Shown: piece after piece, positions 1 through 6,524 of the stretch | Layout of the letters: every line of letters starts with the position of its first letter | Numbering within the stretch: the first letter of the stretch is position 1 | DNA from: a virus | Strand: one strand, 5' to 3' | IMG/VR virus record: IMGVR_UViG_3300042887_000633 | Length of the DNA: 35,025 nt | Position numbers and translations under genes: made by a program | The notes under the pieces: model-generated | The model's input: the letters and a program-made list of their open reading frames with translations, nothing else | Told to the model about the DNA's origin: nothing | Database searches by the model: none

Positions 1-127
1 TTCATCGACGACGACACACTTGCCGAGCCGAAAGCAAAGGTCACGCTCGCCATCGAGTTCGACACGCTTTCATCTGCGCCGGAGATCAGCGTGAAGATCA
101 GTTGGTCGGTGCGCTACAAGGACGAGA
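1..127. repeat. Terminal overlap copy 1, identical to 34899-35025; closure repeat of a circular or circularly permuted genome
   Basis: Read base by base: ttcatcgacgacgacacacttgcc...gtgcgctacaaggacgaga is present at both ends, 127/127 identical, in the same orientation. Confidence 0.95.
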
Positions 128-192
128 GCGCCGAAGAGATCGACCCGCTGCAAAGCAAGCTCGGTCTGCCCGACGTGGAGGATAAAGCATGA
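1..192 (+). CDS. 3' part of a junction-spanning hypothetical protein (continuation of the ORF starting at 34785)
   Basis: Frame 1 is open from base 1 to TGA 190-192. Collapsing the 127-bp overlap joins it in frame to ATG 34785, giving 306 nt and 101 aa in total. Its stop overlaps the next start as ATGA. Confidence 0.7.
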   Translation, partial: FIDDDTLAEPKAKVTLAIEFDTLSSAPEISVKISWSVRYKDESAEEIDPLQSKLGLPDVEDKA

Positions 193-1022
193 GCGAGACG
201 ATCCAAGAATATCACGCGCACCGTGCTGTGTCTCATTCCAAGTTGGAGTGCTACCGTCGGCGTCCGCAAATGTATTATCGGCGTTATATCAGCGGTGCGG
301 TTCCGGCACCAGAGGCAACGCTCGCGAACAAGATCGGCTCGGCACTGCATTGCGCGGTGCTAGAGCAAGATCAGTTCGGCTGGCGATACATCGTCAAGCC
401 GGACATCGACCGCAGAACCAAGGAGGGCAAGATCGAGTTCGCCGCGTTCGAGGCGCAGCACGCTGGTAAGACAATCCTGAGTGCCGAGGACATGGCCGAC
501 TGCGATAAGATGTATTCGGCGATCAACGAGCATAAGCTCGCGGCGATCTTACTTAGCGGAGGCAAAGCAGAGCAGACGTGGCGTGTGCCGCAGAATAATG
601 CGCTCGTCGCTTTGCAATGCCGCACGGATTACTACAACGCGACTGGCTGCGAATTCTCAATGGGTCGACCTTACGTTGTAGACCTCAAGACGGTCGAGAG
701 CCTCGACACCGATGCCTTCCGCAACTTTGAGAAGGCTTGCTTTGGCTACGGTTACCATCGCCAAGCTGGATTCTATCTGCCGCTGATCACCGAGGTCACG
801 CAGCAGCCGGTTTTCGACTTCTTTTTTGTTGCGGTCGAGAAGTGCGAACCGTTCGGGGTAGCAGTCTACAAGCTCACAGACGAGGCAATCGGTCGCGGGC
901 AAGACGAGACGATCGAGGATTTGATTCGGCTCCGCAAAAGTTACTCCGAGAACAGTTGGCCTAATATAGACGAGGGTCTGATCGAGATCAAACTGCCATC
1001 GTGGTATGGCATGAACAAATGA
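189..1022 (+). CDS. PD-(D/E)XK family exonuclease (RecE / DUF3799-like), partner of RecT
   Basis: 277 aa. The core VVDLKTVESLD ... GYHRQAGFYL ... FFFVAVEK resembles the D..(D/E)xK plus QxxxY core of RecE/Cas4-like phage exonucleases. GGAGGA lies 6 nt upstream of the ATG. Across the junction it is separated from RecT only by the 101-aa junction-spanning ORF. Confidence 0.6.
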   Translation: MSETIQEYHAHRAVSHSKLECYRRRPQMYYRRYISGAVPAPEATLANKIGSALHCAVLEQDQFGWRYIVKPDIDRRTKEGKIEFAAFEAQHAGKTILSAEDMADCDKMYSAINEHKLAAILLSGGKAEQTWRVPQNNALVALQCRTDYYNATGCEFSMGRPYVVDLKTVESLDTDAFRNFEKACFGYGYHRQAGFYLPLITEVTQQPVFDFFFVAVEKCEPFGVAVYKLTDEAIGRGQDETIEDLIRLRKSYSENSWPNIDEGLIEIKLPSWYGMNK

Positions 1023-1297
1023 GCGCCACCCTATTTGAGCAAAGCGTGCTTCCGCTTTATGAAGCAACTCGCACCGAGTGGCTAGAACAAGCTCGCTCGG
1101 CAGCATACACCATCGGCTGCAATGGCGGCACGGTTACGATCAACGACGTGCGCCGCGTTTGTCCACCGCCGGTCGAGGTCGACCCGCGAGTGATGGGCGC
1201 GGTGTTCCTTCGCAAGCTCTGGCGCAAGGTCGGTTACTCAAACTCAAGCCGGAGCGAATCGCACGGCAGACCAGTAGCAATCTTTGAACTCAAATGA
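1019..1297 (+). CDS. Hypothetical protein
   Basis: ATG 1019 overlaps the upstream stop as ATGA. 92 aa (MSATLFEQSVLPLYEATRTEWLEQARSAA...). Long ORF in the same orientation as its neighbours. Confidence 0.55.
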   Translation: MSATLFEQSVLPLYEATRTEWLEQARSAAYTIGCNGGTVTINDVRRVCPPPVEVDPRVMGAVFLRKLWRKVGYSNSSRSESHGRPVAIFELK

Positions 1298-1506
1298 AAA
1301 AACCTAAACGAAACAGAATCCAGCAGCAGCAGGTCGATGCGGAAATCTACGCACGGCTTGACCGCTTCCACTCACCGCGAGAGATCGCGTTTGCACTCGG
1401 CGTATGTGATAAAGTAATTCACTCGCGCCTGATCAAGAAATACGTCAAGGCGTATATCACTACCGAAGAGATCGAGCATCTCATGTTAAGGAGATTACAG
1501 AAATGA
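1294..1506 (+). CDS. Small hypothetical protein, possible HTH DNA-binding protein
   Basis: 70 aa, ATGA-coupled at both ends. The segment SPREIAFALGVCDKVIHSRL looks like a helix-turn-helix. Confidence 0.5.
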   Translation: MKKPKRNRIQQQQVDAEIYARLDRFHSPREIAFALGVCDKVIHSRLIKKYVKAYITTEEIEHLMLRRLQK

Positions 1507-1943
1507 TTAAATTAGTAATACACGGAGAACCAAAGGGACAACCGCGTGCAAGAGCGTATGCGATGAAGTTCGGGAATAAATACTCAGCGAGAATGTATGA
1601 CAGCGACACGGCAGACGCTTGGAAGGCGGCGGTGGATGCTGCGCTGAAAAAAGAAACTGCAAAAGATGCCGCGCCTAGTTCGCTTGGATTCGGCGTGGAG
1701 ATGTTTTTCTTTTTCAAGCGTCCAAAATCGCACTATAAGAAAAATGGCGAACTGAATAGTAAAGCGCCTATCGAAAAAGTCAGTAAGCCGGACGGCGACA
1801 ACCTCTGTAAATTGATATGCGACCGAGTCACGCGATGCGGCAAAGTCTGGCACGATGATTCGCAGGTTGTTCGGTTATTTGTGGTGAAGTCTTGGAGCGA
1901 ATGCGACTCGGCGGCTTACGTCGAGATCGAGGAGTGGAAATGA
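1503..1943 (+). CDS. rusA: RusA-family Holliday junction resolvase
   Basis: 146 aa. GEPKGQPRAR near the N-terminus and KPDGDNLCKLICDRVT...VWHDDSQVV match the RusA signature (KPDxDNxxK...DDsqv). AAGGAG lies 9 nt upstream of the ATG. Confidence 0.8.
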   Translation: MIKLVIHGEPKGQPRARAYAMKFGNKYSARMYDSDTADAWKAAVDAALKKETAKDAAPSSLGFGVEMFFFFKRPKSHYKKNGELNSKAPIEKVSKPDGDNLCKLICDRVTRCGKVWHDDSQVVRLFVVKSWSECDSAAYVEIEEWK

Positions 1944-2167
1944 AAACTGCATCACAACGTAAAAGAGAACAGGAAAGAAAAGCTAATCTCAAGAAATCGA
2001 CAGATGCGTTGCTTGGCTCCTTAAATTACATAAATAATTTCGAGCATAAGGTGTATGATGGATATGTTGAGTATGTTCATTCGACTGCCGCGACTAGGTA
2101 TGATGATAATACTGATGAAGCCACTAAACGAACTTTGCGATTTAGAAATAAATACGGCACGTTATAG
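1940..2167 (+). CDS. Hypothetical protein
   Basis: ATG 1940 overlaps the rusA stop as ATGA and is preceded by GAGGAG. 75 aa (MKTASQRKREQERKANLKKS...). Lower GC than neighbouring genes. Confidence 0.5.
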   Translation: MKTASQRKREQERKANLKKSTDALLGSLNYINNFEHKVYDGYVEYVHSTAATRYDDNTDEATKRTLRFRNKYGTL

Positions 2168-2189
2168 AAAAGAAACCTATTAAACTTAT

Positions 2190-2224
2190 CACGTTGGAAA
2201 AACGTGCAAAGAACTTAGCACGTT
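2190..2224. promoter_or_regulatory. Inverted repeat CACGTT-ggaaa-AACGTG plus a third CACGTT half-site in a 187-bp AT-rich intergenic region
   Basis: CACGTT 2190-2195, AACGTG 2201-2206 and CACGTT 2219-2224. The region sits between the last recombination gene and the replication gene. Confidence 0.35.
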
Positions 2225-2286
2225 GAGTAAATTGACTCCTCGTAAGGTATAAAGGCAAAACCCCCGCTAAAGGTAGTAAACGAAAC

Positions 2287-2358
2287 ATGAAAATAATAAT
2301 CAAAAAACTATGGTCTGATCTGATGGCAGCACTCGGTTGGAAAAAAGGCTGGAAATGA
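2287..2358 (+). CDS. Possible 23-aa upstream ORF or leader peptide coupled to the replication gene
   Basis: ATG 2287 opens MKIIIKKLWSDLMAALGWKKGWK. Its TGA 2356-2358 overlaps ATG 2355 of the next gene as ATGA. It is too short to judge its coding potential. Confidence 0.25.
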   Translation: MKIIIKKLWSDLMAALGWKKGWK

Positions 2359-3227
2359 ACTGGCTTAACCTCGAAACTAAATTCATACGCGCCGAAGAAT
2401 ATGTCGGCTGCGAACCGATCGCACGCGCAACTTGGCTAAACGTGATTGTTTATTGCGCGGAACAGGAAAACGGCGGTCGCATCCGAAATTGCGAAATGTG
2501 GCGAGACCGGCAATGGCAGCAAACCTGCGGCGTAACGGTCGAGGAAATAAACAAGGCGTCACCGCTACTGCATTGGGACGGCGACGACCTGCTAGTCTGG
2601 AACTATCCCGCTGATAAAGAAAGAGAAGTGCGAGACAGACGCGAGGCTTCCGCACGAGGTGGACGTGCCAAAACGCAGGTCAAAATCGACGCTGCGAAAA
2701 CCAATGGAGCCAAGTCAAACGACGTTCACTTGGGGGTCGAACCCAAGTCAAACACGTTTCACTTGGGGGTGGAGGCCCAACGGAAGGAGAAGGAGAAGGA
2801 GAAGGAGAAGAGAAAGGGGTGTGGGGAAAACGGTAACGCGGAATCGTCGGCAAAGCCGTCGACCGCTTCGGCTGTCGATTCGGTCTGGCTAGGCTCGTTG
2901 ACGACCGACCCAGCGTTCAGCGGCATCGACGTAGCACGCGAGATCGCCAAGGCGCGTCTCTGGGCTGACACGCGGCGACGTAAGTTCTCGCGGAGGTTCT
3001 GTTTGAACTGGCTGAACAAGGTCGAGAAGCCGATGACAAGTTCGTTTGTCTCGACGTTCCGGCCATCGCCAGCAGCTAGATCGACCGAGATTGTGGGCTG
3101 GAAGCAAGTCTTGGATCGCGAATACCCAGACAGCGTTTATTCCGCAGGTGGCGAGAAAGAGGCTAGGACGTGGGCTGAATTGCCCATCGAGGCGCAGCGA
3201 CTTATCGAAGGGAGGGTCTCAACATGA
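2355..3227 (+). CDS. Putative replication initiator / replisome organiser (DUF1376-like N-terminal region)
   Basis: About 290 aa; an alternative TTG start lies at 2337. The N-terminal region ARATWLNVIVYCAEQENGGRIRNCEMWRDRQWQQTCGVTVEEI resembles phage DUF1376-type replication organisers. A low-complexity basic linker (KEKEKEKEK) follows. The gene contains iteron-like repeats, as the lambda O gene does. Confidence 0.45.
   Translation: MNWLNLETKFIRAEEYVGCEPIARATWLNVIVYCAEQENGGRIRNCEMWRDRQWQQTCGVTVEEINKASPLLHWDGDDLLVWNYPADKEREVRDRREASARGGRAKTQVKIDAAKTNGAKSNDVHLGVEPKSNTFHLGVEAQRKEKEKEKEKRKGCGENGNAESSAKPSTASAVDSVWLGSLTTDPAFSGIDVAREIAKARLWADTRRRKFSRRFCLNWLNKVEKPMTSSFVSTFRPSPAARSTEIVGWKQVLDREYPDSVYSAGGEKEARTWAELPIEAQRLIEGRVST
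2710..2770. repeat. Two 28-bp direct repeats (iteron-like) with a 33-bp period
   Basis: 2710-2737 is CCAAGTCAAACGACGTTCACTTGGGGGT and 2743-2770 is CCAAGTCAAACACGTTTCACTTGGGGGT. The outer 11 nt on each side are identical. Each repeat is bounded by the inverted pair CCAAGT / ACTTGG. Confidence 0.8.
2782..2819. repeat. 38-nt homopurine tract with GGAGAA x4
   Basis: ggaaggagaaggagaaggagaaggagaagagaaagggg contains no pyrimidine. GGAGAA repeats span 2786-2809. The tract starts 12 nt after the second iteron. Confidence 0.85.
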
Positions 3228-3529
3228 GCTTTTATCAAACGCTTATCCCCAGACAACCTCCCGAAGAACGACGCGAGGCCGGAGACATGAACGCGGTGAC
3301 GCACGACCCTTGGCATCACGTTCCGTTAACGCGGCAAGCGAAATACATCTGGCAGCAGTTTTATCCGCGCACGCGCTGGCGGGAAGGCGTTCACAAGATC
3401 ATCCGCGACCTCATCGCGGGTCGAATTAACGCACGCAACGCACGCGGAGGCGGTCACCGTTGTAAAAAAAGATTGCAAATCATTCTGGCGTCGAGCAGAA
3501 GGCAAATAGATGCAAAGAAAGTTCAATGA
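3224..3529 (+). CDS. Hypothetical basic protein
   Basis: 101 aa. The ATGA start overlap is preceded by GGGAGGG. Arg/Lys-rich. An alternative ATG lies at 3287. Confidence 0.45.
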   Translation: MSFYQTLIPRQPPEERREAGDMNAVTHDPWHHVPLTRQAKYIWQQFYPRTRWREGVHKIIRDLIAGRINARNARGGGHRCKKRLQIILASSRRQIDAKKVQ

Positions 3530-4067
3530 TTTATTTTTACGTTTGTGCGAATCGAAAAGCGATATCGCAGAGCATCTGCCGGTGCTTGGATTTCTTGCAA
3601 CGCAGTGCGATCAGGTTACGGAGTTCGGTGTGCGAACTGGTCACAGCACCGTAGCTTTTCTCAACGCGCTTGAGCAGAATAAAAACGCGACGCTGAGAAG
3701 TTACGATCTGAATGATCCGCATGGCGTGCATAACGCTTTTGCACCGAACACGACTGTTGATTGGAAATTCACGCACGCAAGCACGCTCGATATTCCTGCG
3801 ATTGATGAAACGGATTTTTTGTTTATCGACACGCTGCACACCTACGCGCAGGTCACGCAAGAGTTGCGACTGCACGGAGATCGAGCGCGTAAGTGGATTG
3901 GATTCCACGACACGCATACGTTCGGTGAACGCGGCGAGGATGGCGGCATGGGAATCGTGCAAGCGATCACGGACTGGCTCACGGCGCATTCCGAATGGCG
4001 CTTGGTTTACACGACGAACCGAAACAACGGCATGATGCTCATCGAGCGATACTCAGCAATTTTGTGA
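3510..4067 (+). CDS. Class I SAM-dependent methyltransferase (Methyltransf_24 / O-methyltransferase-like)
   Basis: 185 aa. SDIAEHLPVL...VTEFGVRTGHSTVAFL (glycine-rich SAM loop), LRSYDLN and DFLFIDTLHTYAQV...WIGFHDT match this family's layout. No DPPY/NPPY or PCQ DNA-methyltransferase motif is seen. Confidence 0.65.
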   Translation: MQRKFNDLFLRLCESKSDIAEHLPVLGFLATQCDQVTEFGVRTGHSTVAFLNALEQNKNATLRSYDLNDPHGVHNAFAPNTTVDWKFTHASTLDIPAIDETDFLFIDTLHTYAQVTQELRLHGDRARKWIGFHDTHTFGERGEDGGMGIVQAITDWLTAHSEWRLVYTTNRNNGMMLIERYSAIL

Positions 4068-4167
4068 AACAAGAAACCAAACCAAAAAACATAAGCCAGC
4101 ACGCTTGGAAAAAGCATCAGCGACTCACGTCGTCGATCAAGGCTGGCAGACCACAGAAAAACAAAAC

Positions 4168-4434
4168 ATGGAAACTAAACACGATAGCGAGTTAAAGGAA
4201 TTGAACGCGCTCAGGTTCGTCAGTAAAGCGAATCGAGCGATCACAACGCTTGAGGTGCAACGCAAATTAGTCGTTAGGGAATACTCCGAGCGCGTTAAGA
4301 AAGTTAAGGCCGTGATTCTTATGATCCAGCAGCGCGATTCGATGGGTCAGTTGGCGCTTACTGGCATGGACGACATCGAGATCAGCGACGATCTCAAGCA
4401 GCTCATTTACGATCCAACGCACGGACTAATTTGA
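4168..4434 (+). CDS. Hypothetical coiled-coil protein
   Basis: ATG 4168 lies in frame within ORF 4105-4434, which opens with TTG. 88 aa (METKHDSELKELNALRF...). Confidence 0.45.
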   Translation: METKHDSELKELNALRFVSKANRAITTLEVQRKLVVREYSERVKKVKAVILMIQQRDSMGQLALTGMDDIEISDDLKQLIYDPTHGLI

Positions 4435-4865
4435 TCACTTACACGATCAACAGCGTGCCGGTTGCACGCATGAGCTACGATGGAGCAAGCGAGGCCGCGA
4501 CGGTCACGAGCGAGGTGTTTGCTAGGCTGATCGAGATGGATGAGATCAAGTTGAACTCAGGGGCCGATCTATGTCGTAGGCTGGCAACGCTGGCCGACCT
4601 ATCGCCCTACGCATTCAAGTTGGCGACCGAGCTTGGATCAGGTCAGACGGCTGGGGTAATGGAATCGTATGAGAGGCTGGCTAAGGAGCGAGGCATCACT
4701 AGGCAGGCAATGCACTGGCAGTTCGGTCAGGAGGTCAAAAGAATCGGCTTCGTGTTCCCTGAGTTGGCCGCGTTGTTGAGCGAGTATCGGGAGATGAGCG
4801 AGCATCACGAGGACAAGATGTCGTCAGCAGACCAGTTAAGGTCGATCAGCGAGGGCAAGGCGTGA
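4431..4865 (+). CDS. Hypothetical protein with a C-terminal HTH-like segment
   Basis: The TTG 4431 start overlaps the upstream stop as TTGA; an alternative ATG lies at 4470. ERGITRQAMHWQFGQEVKRI resembles a sigma region-4-type HTH. It is the last gene before the packaging region. Confidence 0.45.
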   Translation: MITYTINSVPVARMSYDGASEAATVTSEVFARLIEMDEIKLNSGADLCRRLATLADLSPYAFKLATELGSGQTAGVMESYERLAKERGITRQAMHWQFGQEVKRIGFVFPELAALLSEYREMSEHHEDKMSSADQLRSISEGKA

Positions 4866-5142
4866 CGATCCTTGGCGCGTTAAACCAGCCCAGCGTGTCG
4901 AGAGGCTCGCTAATCGTCGGATGGCCTAGAATCGAAGCCGTTGGCGTTTCTGATGGGGTCGAGGTCAGGGCGACGGAACGAGGCATAAACGCTAGGGGTA
5001 AAATCCGAAGGGTAGGTGTTTTTGGCGCTTCCGTAAGCCTATGGGGGGTGGGGGGTAAGGAATCTTTTTACAATTTTTACACGTCGGGGGTTACGAGACC
5101 TCGTCCCGTTTTAAGCGTAATTTTTTATTCACCAACTTCCGC
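4866..5142. other. Candidate cos / packaging-initiation region
   Basis: This stretch immediately upstream of the Nu1-like terS is probably non-coding. It contains three direct TTGGCG(C/T) repeats (4872, 4941, 5022), GGGGGGT x2 (5043-5056) and TTTTTACA x2 (5065-5081). It also contains the imperfect palindrome GGGttACGAGacCTCGTCCC (5088-5107) followed by GTTTT. Confidence 0.45.
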
Positions 5143-5640
5143 ATGGCTAAAGCAAAACCAGAACTGACCGGCATGGCCGAGGCTATCGGCATTGATATAC
5201 GAACGCTAACAAACTGGAGAAAGCGCGACGGCTTTCCGCATGAAGGAACAATCGAAGAAGTAAAAGCGTGGGCTTCTGCTCAAGGGCTAGGAAGGATTCG
5301 CGACGGCTCCACCCTCGCTGAACTCAAAGCGCAAATGATGCGCCGCGACATCGAGATTCGTGATCTCAAGATCGCACGCGAACGCGCAGAGGTAGTCGAA
5401 ACCGAGGTTGTCCGAGCGATGTTGAAAACGCTGGCGCATAAAATGGATATGCTACTGCGGCTCAAACTTGAGGTCGAATCCGGCCAGCGTTTCCTCGGCA
5501 AGAACGCCGCAGAGATTTGCGCGGAAGGTCGCTTGATGCACGACGAGATTCGGGAGGTGCTGGCAAATAACATCGCAAACTTTGAGACGGAGGCGATCAA
5601 GGAAACGAATGACGATGGCGACCTCGATGACAACGAGTGA
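5143..5640 (+). CDS. Terminase small subunit, Nu1-like (N-terminal HTH)
   Basis: 165 aa. The N-terminal segment LTGMAEAIGIDIRTLTNWRKRDGFP is laid out like the lambda Nu1 segment LADIFGASIRTIQNWQEQGMP. IARERAEVVETEVV resembles Nu1 NARDSAEVVETAF (recalled from memory). It lies upstream of a GpA-type TerL. Confidence 0.7.
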   Translation: MAKAKPELTGMAEAIGIDIRTLTNWRKRDGFPHEGTIEEVKAWASAQGLGRIRDGSTLAELKAQMMRRDIEIRDLKIARERAEVVETEVVRAMLKTLAHKMDMLLRLKLEVESGQRFLGKNAAEICAEGRLMHDEIREVLANNIANFETEAIKETNDDGDLDDNE

Positions 5641-6127
5641 AGCCACGCTCGCAAGCGTGACGCTCAACGCATCCGAGTTGCGCTATTGTTTAGACATCGG
5701 GAACGCTCGGCAAGATAGCGCAGAGAAAAAACATTCGGTATCTGCTTTCCCTGCACGCTATCCAAACGAGCTAAGAGAGAATCATATTTACGCAGCGCGT
5801 GCTGAGTTCGCAGTCGCTAAGTTTCTTGAATTAGAAACTACGCTCGGCGTCGATGTATATTGCGTGCCGGATATTATTGGAACCAAGATTGACGTGCGCT
5901 GGAGCAGGTCGAGGAATCACTGCAAAATTAAACAGCGAGACATCGATCTCGGCAGAATAATAATTGGAACGAATGGCACTGAGTCGCAGATTGAAATACT
6001 AGGCTGGCTCAATGCAACTGATGCGCCGAGCGTTGGAACGCCGAGCGATCCTTCTGATGGTCGACCACCGTGTTGGTTCATTCACGAATTAGCGTGGGAA
6101 CGGATCGAATTTCTTGTGTTAATATAA
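5627..6127 (+). CDS. Hypothetical protein, possible PD-(D/E)XK-fold nuclease
   Basis: In-frame ATGs lie at 5609, 5615 and 5627, so the start is uncertain. AARAEFAVAKFLE ... VPDIIGTKIDVRWS ... ILGWL resembles the E...D...(D/E)x(K/R) core of restriction-endonuclease-like folds. No HNH motif is present. The 3' half is AT-rich. Confidence 0.3.
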   Translation: MTTSEATLASVTLNASELRYCLDIGNARQDSAEKKHSVSAFPARYPNELRENHIYAARAEFAVAKFLELETTLGVDVYCVPDIIGTKIDVRWSRSRNHCKIKQRDIDLGRIIIGTNGTESQIEILGWLNATDAPSVGTPSDPSDGRPPCWFIHELAWERIEFLVLI

Positions 6128-6217
6128 TACCCTATATAATTATTATCTTTACTTTTTATATAGATAGTGTATAGTATTTTTATCGCTAAGAGAATTAACT
6201 CTGAACCGATCAAATAT

Positions 6218-6472
6218 ATGAAAACATTCGATAACACAGAAGGGATTAGATTAGACCGAGGCGAACACGTCTCGATTCGCTATGTGGCAAAAACAAAAGA
6301 AGGACTATACGTTGTCGGTAACACGTTTTACCCAGTCGGTGACCGTCGCGGACCACGACTTAAAGACAAGGATCATGGCTGCGATGATCTTAAAAGACTT
6401 GAGGACAAAGTGAAGGCGCTCGGAATCGAGGTTGAGTATGAGAAGCATTTGAATCGCGCAATATATATTTAG
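6218..6472 (+). CDS. Hypothetical protein (moron-like, AT-rich)
   Basis: ATG 6218 lies in frame within ORF 6167-6472. 84 aa (MKTFDNTEGIRLDRGEHVSIRYVAKTKEG...). It is preceded by a very AT-rich tract (6121-6215) and followed by a hairpin and T8 terminator. Confidence 0.55.
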   Translation: MKTFDNTEGIRLDRGEHVSIRYVAKTKEGLYVVGNTFYPVGDRRGPRLKDKDHGCDDLKRLEDKVKALGIEVEYEKHLNRAIYI

Positions 6473-6491
6473 AGAATTTACAATTCAAACC

Positions 6492-6521
6492 AAGCTCGCC
6501 TTAATCGGTGGGCTTTTTTTT
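6492..6521 (+). terminator. Rho-independent terminator
   Basis: Stem agctcgcc / ggtgggct (8 bp, 2 G-U pairs), loop ttaatc, then eight T residues (6514-6521). It ends 4 nt before the terL TTG start. Confidence 0.6.
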
Positions 6522-6524
6522 GGC

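Noticed and set aside
1-127. Terminal repeat as a biological direct terminal repeat, LTR or IS end
   Set aside because: The repeat sits in frame inside an ORF. Its length equals a common maximum assembler k-mer. The terminase is cos-type and a cos-like region lies elsewhere. An assembly overlap of a circular or circularly permuted molecule is the simpler explanation.
2782-2819. GGAGAA microsatellite as a sequencing or assembly artefact, or as a phase-variable slippage tract
   Set aside because: The hexamer unit keeps the reading frame (KEKEKEKEK), so length changes would not switch the gene off. It is better interpreted with the adjacent iterons as part of an ori-like region. An artefact cannot be excluded without reads.
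3046-3429. Alternative-frame 127-aa ORF overlapping the end of the replication gene and the 3224-3529 gene
   Set aside because: It is extremely Arg-rich with a low-complexity translation. It overlaps two better-supported, translationally coupled ORFs and has no plausible start context.
2194-4112. Motif TTGGAAAAA seen at 2194, 2337 and 4105, each upstream of a gene start
   Set aside because: There are only three loose copies, at different distances from the start codons. Near-matches also occur inside coding regions (for example 16918). This is insufficient to claim a regulatory element without a statistical scan.
4862-5167. 101-aa ORF with a GTG start overlapping the previous stop as GTGA and running through the cos-like region into terS
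   Set aside because: Its composition is dominated by G/V/R/S, with runs such as WGVGGKE that derive from the G-rich DNA repeats. It has no recognisable motif. It overlaps terS by 25 nt and spans the densest set of DNA repeats and palindromes in the genome. It is more likely non-coding packaging or regulatory DNA. Protein-level conservation in relatives would reverse this call.
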